The notes under the pieces are model-generated. The model did not search any database. It was not told the origin of the DNA and worked only from the letters and a program-made list of their open reading frames with translations. A stretch of 64,000 nucleotides of DNA from Felis catus (taxonomy: Eukaryota): contig NC_058368.1 in assembly GCF_018350175.1 (NCBI RefSeq), positions 21,578,001 through 21,642,000 of the forward strand, read 5' to 3'. A program made the translations under genes and the position numbers. Shown piece by piece: positions 24,581 through 37,720 of the stretch (position 1 is the stretch's first letter; each line of letters opens with the position of its first letter).

Positions 24581-26716
24581 CTGTCCACATTCATATGGCC
24601 AAGAAGTGGCAGAATGTGGGTTCAAACCCACTATACTTAACTACTCCCCTATATGGCATTTCTAGGACTGGTTATAGGTCTAACCTTCCCAAAGCTGTCT
24701 AGCCTTGCACCAGTGTTAACAGAGTTCAGTGTTCAGTGTTAACAGAGTGCTTTTTTGAATGTTCTCTTGTCCTTGTAGGGCTTATACCCAATGGGTACTC
24801 TACCTTTCCTAGCTTCTCATAGGTATTATCACTTGTTTATTTTTCTAGATAACCTGCAGAATAATTTATCATGTTCCAAAAATAAAACAAAAATTTTGTT
24901 GTGGCTTTCATTGTGTTAAAACTCTAAATTAATAGGAGGAAAATTGACATTTTATGATATTCAGTCTTTTTGTCCATTAATATGATTTCCTTTCAATCTT
25001 TCAATCTCGGGTCTTCTGAGGCAGTTTTATAGTTTTCTTCAAGTGCATTTTAAGTAACGCAAACTTATTTAGAGATGAACAAAACCCATCTTCCAAAACT
25101 CATCTCAGTCCTATAATGTTTACCTCACCTTTGGCCCTCTCTTCATCCCATGCTTTACCCCTAACTGTATGTCCCCTTCTCTAATCCTTGACAGACATTT
25201 GAAGTCTTATTCTACTATTTGATGCTGATATTTATGCTGCTGCTTCTATCCCCAGAAATTCTCCAGCAAGGCAGGACCCCTCAGGATTCCTTTTACCTCT
25301 ACCAATCGTCTAGAGCAGATCTCATTTTCCCTGCGTCTCCTTCCTGTTCCACCCCGATTTCACAGCATTACTGACCTGACCCCTACCCTGCAGGCTCTTC
25401 CATTGTTGGAATGCTGCCCCCACTTATTTCTTGGCTCTGCACCTCCCCTTGGAGGTTTCCTCTTCCACTTCCTTCCCTCACCAAACCAGACAAGAGCTGT
25501 GACCTAAACAACTCTACCTCCCCATCTTCTACCTGGCCCACATGGTAGAATTTCAACAGATGTTTCGTCTCTTCCCCTGAAGTCCCATCGACAGAGATGG
25601 CGCAACTGGCTTTTTAAAATAAAATAATACTTGTGTTCATTTTCTCCACCGTTGAAAGGATCATGACTCCCACCTAATTTTCATCCAAATATACATAAAG
25701 CACAAGGGATGCTTTTAGGAAGGCAGGAGGGAAAGTGGTGTTGGCAAAGCAGCAGAACAAGATAGCAGTTCATTTGTACACATAGCCGGAAGTTGATTGT
25801 TGTTCATAGTTCGGAAAGTGGCTCATCACTACTGTGTTACCAGAACATTATCATTATATTTAAATAGGTGAGGTTTTAAACTTTATATATACTCCTAAGT
25901 AAGGTTTCATTTTGCTTTAGGATAGTTCTAGAGATTTCTGTTAATTCACATCTGATAGAATCTCTTGTTTTTCTCTAATAGAACACTTCTGTCATTTGAC
26001 AATTAAATCCAATAAACTAAATAAAGGATAGTAACAGCAGTATTTCTGGCTTCTTCCATGTCCATCTATCTGTAAGAATGTAATCATTAGTTGACATTTA
26101 CTGAGTGCCCAGTGTTTATGAGTGAGCTAAGCATTGCAAGGAGATATAAAAAGAGACGTGTGATTCTTGTCCTTTAAAAGCTGACATTTGTGGTGTGGAG
26201 GGGTGGGGTGGATGCCAACAGAGAGCTCCTAAATAATTTTTTAAGCCTCTGCTTAAAGACCCAGCCCCAGAGAATGCATGAAAGGAAGGTTTTCAACCAG
26301 CCTTTGCATAGGGAAACAGAAAATCCCAAGAAAGTGTTCCCTCGATTGATACAATTGTCCATTTTCCTCATTGAGTCATAGACTTAATGGATGGAAACCA
26401 GATAATCATTTTACCATCAGTGTAGAGAGTGCAGGAACTGAGTGTGGAAATGAGGGGGCGAGTCATTTACTTCGTCTCATCTACAAGGAAGAGGTATGGA
26501 TGCTTCAGCATCTTTACACATCAGCTATTTCAAAGTTCTGAAAATAAACCACCATCATCTTTCCCCCCAGACCACTTCAGCTGCCTCCTGACTGGACATC
26601 ATACCCATTCCTGCCCAGTGAGCAAACAAATGAATATCTGATGGGTCTCTTAAACCTTCAATCTATCAACTATAATAGGTACTTGGCTCAATCTGATTAA
26701 GAAAAACAAACATGAG

Positions 26717-26903
26717 GGGCACCTGGGTGGCTCAGTTGGTCAAGTGTCCAACTCTTGATTTCAGCTCAGATCATGATCTCACAGTTTGTGAGTTTGATCC
26801 TACCCCCCATCCTGATTGGACTCTGCGCTGTCAGCACAAAGCCTGCTTGTGTGTGTGTGCTCTCTCTCTCTCTCTCTCAAAGTAAATAAACTTAAAAAAA
26901 AAA
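26717..26903 (+). mobile_element. Can-SINE
   Basis: SINE head, (GT)(CT)n, A-tail. Confidence 0.88.
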
Positions 26904-27619
26904 GTGAATATATTCTGGTTATTGCCAGAAAGAAACATCTCCACAAGTTTGTTTCAGCTAGTCTGCCCAGAAGCTTTTGCTGAGTCTCTCCAAGGGATGT
27001 GTCAGGTGCTAGGCTGGCCCTGGGTATGTAGCTTAATAAGAAGTAATGCTCTCTGCCTCTGAGTTGCTTACAGAGTCATTGGGACTAGAGATTTGAAAAG
27101 AGGTCATCATGGTGTGATGGTGCAAGAAAAGTGTAATGGGGACACAGTAGGAGGCAGTTACCTTTTTCTTTCTTGCAGTGGGAGAAGGAATAGAACTAGG
27201 CTTTGAGAGACAAACATTCTAAGCAGAGGAGACAATGTGCACAGGCACCAAGCCTGGTCTGGGAACGCAAGCAGCAACAGGGGAATGCCAGAAGGGCAGC
27301 TGAATCCAGCAGTGAAGGGTCTTATATTCAAAGCTAGGGAGATGATCCTTTATCCCATGGCTGGGGAGCCAAGGAGGACTTTACACAAGGGAAATTGAGT
27401 AATTCTAGCAGCAGTGTAAATGATGATTTGGAGTAGGGTAAGAGTAGAGGGCAGGGAGGCCAGTGGGAGGCTGTGGCCAAGGTCCATCTGGAGATATTGA
27501 TGGTCTAAGTCAGTGCCTTAATTCCGGGAAATGATGGGAATGGTAACAGGGCCTGCAACGTGCTTCATTAATTCACTGAAAGAAAGATTTATTCTCCATC
27601 GTTTTCAAGAACACTCTCC

Positions 27620-28760
27620 ATTAATTCATATGATCAGCCACCAGAAAGATGCAAATCAAAACAACAATGAGATACTATTTCACACCCACAAGGATGGTTG
27701 TAATCAAACGCAAAGATAATAAGTGTTGGCAAAGGTATGGAGAAAGCAGAACCCTCATACACTGCTGGTGGGAATGTAAAATGGTGCACTGCTTTGGAAA
27801 AGTATGGCTCTTCCTTAAAAGGTTAACATAGAATTAACAATGACCCAGCAAATCCACTCCTAGGTATATGCCCAAGAGAAATTGAAAAATATGTGCACAC
27901 AAAAACTTATATATGAATGTCCATCGCCACATTATTCATAATCGTCCAAAAAGTGGAAACAACCCAAAGGTTTATATCTTAGTCAGTTTGGGCTGCTACA
28001 ACAAATTATCATAGATTGAGTGGTTTAAACAACAGAAACTTATTTCTCACAGTTCTGGAGGCTTGCAAATCTAAGATCGTGGTTGGATTCTGATGAGAAT
28101 CCTCTACTTGGTTTGCAAATGGTCATCTTCTCATTATATCCTCCTAGGGGTTGAGAGAGAGGGAGTAAGCTCTTGTATGCCTCTTTTTATAAGGGCACTA
28201 ATCCTATCAAGAGCTCCACCCTCATGACCTAATTATCTCCCAAAGACCCCACCTCCAAACACCATCACATTGTAGATTAGTCTTCCACATATGAATTTGG
28301 CGGGAACACAAGCATTCAGTCCTTGGTTGTCCAAAGCTGATGAATGAATAAATAAATGTGGTATATCCATATGAGGGAATATTACTTGGGAACAAAGGAA
28401 AGGAAGTACTGACACGTGCTATAACATGGATGAACCTTGAAAACATTAACACTAAGTGAAAGAGGCCGATCAGTCACCAAAGACTACGTGTTGTATGACT
28501 CCATTTATGTGAAATGTCCAGAGTAGGCAAATCTGCAGAAACAGGTAGATTAGTGGTTGCCTGGGCCTAGGGAGGAAATGAGGCAGGGAATGATAAAGGG
28601 AATGTTTCTTTCTGGTGGGAGGCAAATATTCTAAAATTAATTGTGCTGATGGTTGCACAACTCTGTAAATAAACTAAAAACGATTGAATTGTATACTTTA
28701 AATGAATAAGATATATGGCATATGAATTAGATCTCAATAAAGTTGTTACCCAAAAAAAGG
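27620..28760 (+). mobile_element. L1MB 3' end interrupted by an MLT1A-like MaLR LTR (~27973-28325)
   Basis: MQIKTTMRYYFTPTRM...HCWWECK remnant; MLT1 motif AACAACAGAAACTTATTTCTCACAGTTCTGGAGGCT. Confidence 0.85.
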
Positions 28761-29009
28761 GCAAAAATGTTACATACTAATTATGGAAAGAGAAAATATA
28801 AGTAAAACTAGTGTAATCTTTTCCACCAATTCATAGTATGAAAAAGTCTATCTTTCCTTCTCCAGATGATCACTCCATCCCTTTGGAGACCATACTTCTC
28901 ACCAAAAAACCTGGGGCTGATACATGCAAAGGGACAGTCCTTCCCAGTGCCAAAAGAGAGCATTAGAGCCCAAGTCACCACTTCTCCATGCTCCTGCTCT
29001 TGAGGCTGG

Positions 29010-29275
29010 ATCCATGGAGTTACAGTTCTTGGGGAGTAAGACCACAGAGGTAAAGTGCCATTTTCATCACACCATATCAAGGTTACATACTATCAACATC
29101 ACTTGTCACTGTTGATGTTGACCTTGGTCACCTGACTAAGGTAGTGTTTTGTCAGGTTTCTCTACTGTAAAGCTACTCTTTTCCCCCCTTTCCATACTGT
29201 ACTCTTTGGAAGGAAGTCATTCTGTACAGCCCACACTTAGAGTGGGGAGTTATGTTCCACCTACTTGTGGGCAGA
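29010..29275 (-). mobile_element. L1MC 3' fragment
   Basis: GACCACAGAGGTAAAGTGCCATTTTCATCAC...GATGTTGACCTTGGTCACCTGACTAAGGTAGTG. Confidence 0.7.
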
Positions 29276-29319
29276 ATAGATTTGCAGAGAATAGATTTGG
29301 GAGATATGTCCATTCTCCC

Positions 29320-29366
29320 TGTACTAGTGAGGGTTCTTCAGAGAAATAGAACCAATAGGAGATGAT

Positions 29367-29403
<37 letters not shown>

Positions 29404-29852
29404 GATAAATAGAATATAAAGATATACACATACAGAGAGAGAGGGAGAGATTATGAGAAATTGGCAATTATGGAGTTTGGCAAGTCCCAGGATCTACAAG
29501 GTGAGTTTGGCCACCGGGAGACAGAGGAGGCCTGATAGTAAATAGTTCTGATCTGAGTCTGAAGGCCTGAAACAATGTTTCAGTTTCAGTCTGAAGGCAA
29601 GAAAAGAGCCTTTTTCCTAGTTCAAAGGTTGTCATATATGAAGAGTTCTCTCTTACTTGGAGGAAGGTCGACATTCTACTGATTGGATGAATCCCTCCTA
29701 CCTTAAGGAGGATAATCTGCTTTACTCCGTCTACCAATTTAAATGCTAATCTTACCCAAAAATACCTTCATAGAAACATCCAGAATAAATTTTAACCAAA
29801 TATCTGGGTACCCCATAGCCTAGCAAATTGACACATAAAATTAATCATCACA
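29320..29852 (-). mobile_element. MLT2 LTR (3' LTR of an ERV-L provirus) with internal (GATA)n
   Basis: TGTACTAGTGAGGGTTCTTCAGAGAAATAGAACCAATAGGA ... AAATTGACACATAAAATTAATCATCACA; PPT-like AAAGTGTGGACT abuts it on the - strand. Confidence 0.9.
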
Positions 29853-32467
29853 AGTCCACACTTTGTAGGCATGGCACCCATATGCATCTCCTTAAACCAT
29901 ACTTAATCTCCAAATAAAGACAATAGCAAAGTCATAATTCCACCAAACACAATACAACTATCTTGCATACAGCTGAAAACACACCAACCCCTTATCCAGA
30001 AGAAGAGATAAAGTCCTTGAGTAATGTTTACTCTTCTCCTTGGTATCCTATAGCTTAAATATTCATGAAAACTATACTCCTTGTTTCTCTAGCTGGTCAT
30101 ATGGTTGTAGCTGGTATTTATAACTACTTTCTTCTACTACCCATTCTGTATTCCCTTTACCCTCAGCAAGCCCCTCAGTTGGCCATGGTTCTTTACCTGA
30201 TGGAGCGACCCAAACCTTCATTCTTGAAGGATCTGGGCCATTAATTGTCCAGCCTGGATTGGGTTGTAGATTTCCCTTTACCTTAACCATTGGGCATGGT
30301 AGTACTAAGAGACACCGAAAGGGATCTCCTATACTCCAGACATACTCTTTCTTACACTCCATATGGAGTAGCAGTCAAGGTTCCCCTTGGTAGTGAAGAT
30401 CTGTCACCCCAGCCAGCACCATAACTCCCTTCTTTGCTTGTTGATTCAAAGGCATGAGGAGCCCAAGTGGCTGAGCAGCCGTCTTAACTTTCAGTTCAGT
30501 GGACTCATTGTTGTGTCTTTTGGTGGAAGCATTCTTCCCGTTAGAACTAAAGCCTCTAGACCAGCAAAGCATAGGTTGTGGGAATAGGAAGCAAAAAGCT
30601 TTGTTAGTGGGTCACTAGGGGTAATATAAGTGGTGCCACTTGCATTTCCACCCCTTGATTCCTGGATTCATGAATGCTGGCTAGGGGACAAACAGCATCA
30701 CATATTGGATGCTGATTCGCAGCATGTACAGCTTTCTGGGGAGCCTTGCCCCAGCCCTGCAAGGTATTTCCAACTAGCTGGTGCTGTAACTGAGTCTTCA
30801 AAAGGCCATTCCACCATTCTATCAAGCCAGCTACTTCATGGGGGTGGGGGTGGGGTGCGGTGAGGAGGGGAACATGGTAAGACCAGTGAATCCCTGAGCA
30901 GGGACCCGCTGCTGTACTTAATTTGCTGTTGAGTTCCATGATGAGAAGCAATGCTGTGTGGAATACCATGATGGTGGATGAGGCTTTCTGTAAGTCCATG
31001 GATATTAATTTCAGCAGAAACATTGCAGGCAAAGAAAGCAAACTCATATCCAGAGTAAGAACCTAGTCCAGTAAAAACAAAACACTGCTCCTCCCATGAT
31101 GGAAGCAGTCCAGTATAATCAGGCTACCACCAGGTAACTGGCTAATCACCCTGGAAAATCATTTCCTGTTGGAGGCTCAGTATTGGTTTCTGCTGCTGAC
31201 AGATTGGGCCGTCAGTGGTGACCAAAGCCAGGTCAGCCTTGGTGAGTGGAAGCCCATGTTGCTGAGCCCATGCATAACTTCCATCCCTACCACCATAGCC
31301 ACTTTGTTCATGAGCCCTCTAGGTGATATGACAGAGCCTCTCTTTGGGGAAAGACAGAATGAGTCATCTTATCCACTTGATTATCAAAATTTGCCTCTGC
31401 TATGCTCACCCTCTGGTTAATATTCATATGGGACACAAATATATTCACATTTTTTTCCTATTCAGTGAGGGCTTTCTACATACACTTCCCCAAGTTTCCT
31501 TGTCACCAAAGTTTCCAATCATGTTTCTTCCAAGTCCCCGACCATCTAGCCAAACCATTGGCCATAGTCCATGAAGCAGTATATAATCACACATCTGGCC
31601 ATTCTTCTTCCAAACAAACTGACAACCAGGTGCACTGCCTGAAATTCTGCCCACTGGGAGGGATTCCCTTCACCACTGCCTCCAGGGATGTCCCAGGAAG
31701 GGGCCGTAGTTCTATAGCTGTCCACTTTCAGGGGGTGTGGTGCCTTTATATTTCTGCAGAACCACTTGTAAACCAGGCCCAAATCTTCTTTTACTCTGTT
31801 ACTGATTGTAGGCAAGGCTGGGGAGGTGCAGGCTGGGGGAGAGAAGATAGTCCAGCAGGGGTGAAGACCAAGTACATTTGGTCCTCTTTTTCATGTAACT
31901 TACTTGTGCACAATTACAAATATACCACTTCCATTTGATGATGGAGTGCTGCTGTGTATGCCCAGTTTTATGGCTTGGTGGGTCATATAACACCCAGTTC
32001 ATAATGGGAAGCTCAGGTCTCATGTAAACTTGGTGGCCCATAGTTAAGCATTAAGTCTCTACTAAAGCCCAGTTGCAGGCTGAGAGCTGTTTCCCAAAAG
32101 GACAGTAGTTATTTGCAGAAGATGGCAGAGTTTTGATCCAAAATCCTAGGGACTTGTGCTGCGGTTCACCTGTTGGGACCTGCCAAAGTCTCCAAAAGCA
32201 TCCTTATCTGCCATTGACAACTTAAGCGCCATGGGATCTCCTGGATCATACGGGCCGAGCAGCCGAACTGCTAGTGGGGCTCAGTTTAGACTTGTTGCAG
32301 AGCCTTCTGTTGTTCTGGGCCCCACTCCAAACTAGCAGCTTTTTAGGTCACTTGGTGAATGGGCTGGAATAGCACACTCAAATGAAAAATATGTTGTTTC
32401 CAAACTCCAAAAAGGCCCCCCAGGTGTTGTGCTTTTTTTTTGGTTGTAGGAGGGGACAGATGCAATT
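29853..32467 (-). mobile_element. ERV-L internal region: decayed pol (RT connection, RNase H, integrase) and dUTPase
   Basis: MGHQVYMRPELPIMNWVL, GEGNPSQWAEFQAVHLVV, GIHWSYHVP..AGLIEWWNGLLKTQL, GLLMPLNQQAKKGVMVLAGV; many stops and frameshifts. Confidence 0.92.
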
Positions 32468-32569
32468 TAAGGAGTTATGCTCTGCCTCCTAGAGGACAGA
32501 GTCTCTACATAATTTATTTAGAGTTCTTCTGCACAGGAGATTTGTCTATTTTCCCAATTTTTTTATGTT

Positions 32570-32775
32570 TATTTTTTATTTTGAGAGAGAGAAGGTGTGT
32601 GTGAGTGGGGGAGGGACAGAGGGAGAGAGAGAGAGAGAGAGAGAGAGACTCCCAAGCAGGCTCTGCACTGTCAGCACAGAGCCTGATGGGAGCTCATTCT
32701 CACAAACTGTGAGATCATGACCTGAGCCGAAATCAAGAGTCAGACGCTCAACCGACTGAGCCACCCAGGCGCCCC
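32570..32775 (-). mobile_element. Can-SINE inside an L1MC fragment
   Basis: reverse SINE; flanks 32470-32560 and 32780-32900 are L1MC 3' sequence. Confidence 0.88.
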
Positions 32776-33736
32776 TATTTCTTTATTCAAGTCTTTATGT
32801 ATGTCAGTACAGGCCCACGGATATTTATTTATATTTTGAGTTATAATCCAATACTATTTGATTTTTTGCCCAAATTGTTCCAGCTTTGGCCATTGGGATC
32901 AGTACTTTATAAAGTTCCATAGATGATTTCAATGTGTAACCAAGGCTGAGAACCACTGCTTTAGGTAAAACATCGTTTAGAATTTTACCACCAGGAAAGA
33001 AAGCATTGATTTCCCTCAAATCAGGACAGATCCAAAGTGAAAGGAAAAAGAACCACAGATAGAGTCATATGCACCTGTAAATACTAATCTACACCGTCGA
33101 AGGGCAGTTAGGAGTTTCTCCTACTCCACTCCCTTTTTTACTGTAGATGGTGAGGATACATAAAATAATACTTGTTTCTTGATTAGGACAAATGTTAAAT
33201 AAGTGGAGATGGTAGAATTCAGTTCTTGAACCGACAAACTAAGAGCTGCCTAGTTGCCTGGAAAAAGAGAAGACAAGACAGTGACCTCCTGATAACGCCA
33301 GTGATTAGAGTTCCAGATGTGTCTCTGCAGAGATGAGTGGTTGTCTTGGGGGAGCCGCCATTTCCAGTGAGTGGTCTTGGCAACAGCAGCCTCAGTAGCT
33401 GCACCTTCAGGGAAAGACTCAAAGCTGATTCCAACTAGACTTAAAAGGGCTTTTCCAAGGATCCCTGGCATGCAGAACTAACAACTCAGAAAGTTACTGG
33501 TTCGTTATTCTGAGGTAAAATTCCTTTCCCCACATGTGGGCCCAGCCAAAGGGATAGCTCATTTCTAGCCCCAGTAATAATTTGGGATTGCTATCAAGAC
33601 AGCCAGGCATTTCAGCAACCTTCCAGTAACATTTAACAGCAATGGCTGTTGTATGAATTGGGATGTTTAGCTAAGGAGATACAGCCGAAGGGGAGGGAGT
33701 TTTCTTACAACAACTCTGGCATTGTTTTCATAGAAC

Positions 33737-34150
33737 AGTGTTTCTCGGAGTGCCTGGGTGGCTCAGTCGGTTAAGCATCTGACTTCGTCTCAGGTCATAA
33801 TCTCATGGTCCCTGAGTTTGAGCCCTGTGTTGGGTTCTGTGCTGACAGCTCAGAGCCTGGAACCTACTTTGGATTCTGTGTCTCCCTCTCTCCCCGCCCT
33901 TCCCCCATTGGTGCTGTGTCTCTCTGTCTCTCTGTAAATAATAAACATTAAAAAAAAAAAAAGAACAGTTTCTCAAGGTGTGTCCGGAACCAGCAGCATC
34001 AGCATCCCCTAAGGACTTGTTGGAAATTCACATTCTCAGATCGCACACCAAACCTACTGAATTAGAAACTCTACGATGGGTTCCAGCAACCTGTGTCCCA
34101 ACAAGCCCTCCAGGTGATTCTGAGCACACTCAAGTTTGAGTGTCCACTGT
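33737..34150. mobile_element. MER5A interrupted by a Can-SINE (33747-33962)
   Basis: TSD AGAACAGT(G)TTTCTC; MER5A body ACCAGCAGCATCAGCATC...CTACTGAATTAGAAACTCT...AAGTTTGAG. Confidence 0.88.
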
Positions 34151-34868
34151 CACCGCCCTATAATAAACCCAAGCAATACTAGCTGTCGGTTTCCCTCTTT
34201 TCTTGGTGGTTTCTGTAATGGGAAATAGTGACCCAACTAGTCTCAGTGTCTCAGAAGCTCTCCCATCAGTCCTGGGGAAGAGAAGGAACCACCTTTGTAT
34301 CCCCACAGCCTATGCCTGGCACATGGCAGGTGCTCAGTAAATGTGTACTAGATGAAAGGATGAATGAATAGAAAATAAAAGGCGAAGAATACCTGGAGAG
34401 ATTCGTGGATGATCTCAATCAGCGTGGTCCTAGAGTGGGGGCTTAGAGACTTTTCACAATGCTACTGCCTAGCCTTTTGGGGTAATCATCAGAGACTGAC
34501 TCAGAATCTCTAATTGCTCAGCTCTACCACATTGCAGCTACCCTCAGGGACCCCTCAGGACATTGGTGCTCCCCCTAACAAACAGCACTGCCAACTTCCT
34601 CTTTCCTTGAACCAGACTGAGCTGAAGAGAAAGGAGAGACGTCGAGAGAGGAGAGAACAGGGGCCTTGATGAACAGGAGGATGTGACCAGGCAGAAGAAG
34701 GGATGGCCACCATGGAAGAAAAAAAGCCAGCAGGGAAATAAAAGGTATGCCTCAAGCAAGGCAAAGTGGGTTATTCCAGTAAAAAGGTTCGTAGGACATG
34801 TATGCAGAAATGTAACAACTATGCCCACGTATGTCCTGGCCTGGATCTGTGGGATGTCTGGGGAGAAG

Positions 34869-34870
<2 letters not shown>

Positions 34871-34936
<66 letters not shown>

Positions 34937-34980
34937 GAGACAGAGAGAGAGACACAGAGAGACAGAGAGGGAGAGAGAGA
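34871..34980. repeat. compound microsatellite (GT)n(GA)n(GACA/GAGA)n
   Basis: directly visible dinucleotide runs. Confidence 0.98.
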
Positions 34981-35109
34981 AATCTCCTAACTTTAAAATG
35001 TTGGCTCTTACCTGTAGAAGTAGCCAATGGAGGACAAAAGGCATCTGCCAACAGCTGGGTTGCAAGCATCTGTTGGGAAATTTTCAGTTTTTTCCTTAAA
35101 AAAATGATT

Positions 35110-35790
35110 TTTCTAGTTCACATTCATTAGGATGGCTATCACCAAAAAATTGGAAAATAGTCCGTGTTGGCCAGGATGTGGAGAAATAGGAACCCCTGTG
35201 CACCGTTTGTGGGAACGTAAAATGGTACAGCCACTTGGAAAACAGTTCGGCAGTTCCTCCAAAAGTTAAATTGCATGGAAATACAATACGATCCAGAAAT
35301 TTTACTTCTAGGTATATCCTCAAAAGAGTTAAAAGCAGGAAGTCGTATACTTACATATTCACTGTTCATAGCAGCATTACTCACAAGAGCCAAAAGGTAG
35401 AAATAATCTAAGTGCCCATCACCAGATGAATGGCTAAACAAAATGTACCTACCGTGGAATATCAGTCAGCCTTCAAATGTAATGAAATTCTGACACATGA
35501 ATGAACCTTGAAGGCATTGTGGTAAGTGAAATAAACCAGACTCAAAAGGATAAATAGTGTATGATTCTGCTTCTCTGAGGTGCCCAGAATAGGCAAATTC
35601 ATAGGGACAGAGAGCAGGAAACAGAACACTGGGGACAAGGAGGAAGCAATGAGGAATCGTCGTTTAACGGGTACAGAATGTTGGTTTGGAAAGATGAAAT
35701 AGTCCTGCAAGTGGATAGTGTGATGTTTGTACATAGTGTGAAGATATTAATGCCACTGAACTATGTACTTAAAATGGTAAATTTTATGTT
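35110..35790 (+). mobile_element. L1MB 3' end
   Basis: GTGTTGGCCAGGATGTGGAGAAATAGGAACCC...ATGCCACTGAACTATGTACTTAAAATGG. Confidence 0.85.
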
Positions 35791-35814
35791 ATTTACATTA
35801 TTTATTTTAATTAT

Positions 35815-36250
35815 TTAAGTTTATCTTTTTTGAGAGAGAGAACATGCACAAGCAGGGGAGGGGCAGAGAGAGAGGGAGACAGAATCCCAAGCAGCCTCAA
35901 CACTGCAAGTGCAGAGCCCGATGTGGGGCTCGAACTCACAAACCGTGAGATCACGACCTGAGCTGAAACCAAGAGTCGGACGCTTAACTGACTGAGCCAC
36001 CCAGGCTCCCCTGTACATTATTTATCTTGGGGCGCCTGGGTGGTGCAGTCGGTTAAGCGTCCGACTTCAGCCAGGTCACGATCTCGCGGTCCGTGAGTTC
36101 GAGCCCCGCGTCGCGCTCTGGGCTGACAGCTCAGAGCCTGGAGCCTGTTTCCGATTCTGTGTCTCCCTCTCTCTCTGCCCCTCCCCCGTTCATGCTCTGT
36201 CTCTCTCTGTCCCAAAAATAAATAAACGTTGAAAAAAAAAATTAAAAAAA
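35815..36250. mobile_element. head-to-head Can-SINE pair (- 35815-36011, + 36029-36250)
   Basis: CCAGGCTCCCC-17 nt-GGGGCGCCTGGG. Confidence 0.93.
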
Positions 36251-36559
36251 ACAAACAAACTAACATTTATTGACTGTATGCCAGGAACTGTTCTGGGTGC
36301 TGTGTGTTCTCACTATAACCCTCTGAGGTAGCTATGATTATTGTGCCAACTTACAGATGAGGAAACAGAGGCACGGTACAGTGAAGCATCTCTTTCAGGT
36401 CATACCTGGCCAGCATCAGAGTCAGGCTCATGCCTTGGCCCTTAACTGCGATGAACACTGTCTCTGCTCCACCTAAGTAATCATCTCAGAGACTCCATCT
36501 GCATGCAACTCAACTGTCACAAACCCTGGCTCTGCTCCTTGTTGGCAGAGCGGGCTTGG

Positions 36560-37720
36560 ACAGATCACTTGTGCACTTTACCTCCAAAATGTCCCAAACT
36601 GTTCATGTCTCTGTATCTCCACTTCTATCAGCCTCTCCAGCTTCTTCTTCAGCATCAGGTTCCTGAATGGTCTCTGGGCCACCACCATTTGCCGTACCAT
36701 CTATTCTCTACAGAGCAGCCGGACTGGCCTTCGAAAGTCAGAACCCGTTACTCCCAGTATATAGCATTCCAAAGGCCTCCTGCAGTACCCAGAACCACTT
36801 CCTAACTCCTAACCCTGAGGGAATAGATGAGGCTGTGCTTATATCTGGTTGCCCCCAGGATTGGGTGGAACAGTAAGTCCACCACACCAGAAGCCCCAGG
36901 TAGGAAACTCTGTTCTTCAGGAGCTGGCCCCTGCTTCCCTCTCCGACTCTATTCCAGTCACACCAGCCTTCTTCCTAATCTTCCAACTTGCGCAGTTGGT
37001 CCCACCTCAGGGCCTTTGCACTTGCTATTTCCTCTGCCTGGGTTGCTTTTCCCTCAGGTATTGGTATGAACGCTCCTTTTTGTCATTCAGGTTACAGCTC
37101 ACTAGTAAATGCCATTCCTTTAAGCTGCCCTCTCTGAACACTAATCAAAAGCAGACCCCAAAACACATTATCTATCTTATTTTATTCCTCCGTAGCACTT
37201 ACAACTATAAGATAGTTATTCACAGACTTAATTTGTGTATTGTTTTTATTTTTCCTTTGAAATAAATATAAGTGCCATGAAGGCCTTATATTTATCTTGA
37301 TTCACCAGTTTCCCAGGACTGAGGTCCATGCCTGGCACATCACAGGTGCTCAATAAATATTGGTTGAACAAATGAATGAGTAAATGACCCTGTGCATCCT
37401 TACCTGTAAAATCTGGGCCTCTGCACATGCTGGTCACCCTGCCTCAATGGTTGTTGTCCCTCTTTGCCTAGCTGACTTCTACGTGGACAGGGTCTCTGCT
37501 TTTCACCCTCTCAGGGGTGCCTTCTCTAACTCCTCAGACCAAGATGAATGTCTTTGTCCCCTCCACGTATCATCACCTAGTTCTTAATGTCTGTCTCCCT
37601 GGCTAACATTTCAGCTCCAAGAAAGCTGGGACCCTGTCTGTTTGTCCAACACTCTATTCCCAGTGGCTAGCACTACGCCTTGCTTTTATGGGCACTCAGT
37701 AAATGCTTTTGAATGAATGA
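36560..37720. mobile_element. L2 fragments
   Basis: CTCAGGGCCTTTGCACTTGCTATTTCCTCTGCCTGG; TGCCTGGCACATCACAGGTGCTCAATAAATATTGGTTGAACAAATGAATGA. Confidence 0.8.

Noticed and set aside
31402..31938. 178-aa + strand ORF
   Set aside because: Antisense shadow of decayed ERV-L pol
34544..35099. Long overlapping ORFs of 105-173 aa
   Set aside because: They stay open because they cross the (GT)n(GA)n microsatellite; low-complexity translation with no recognisable protein
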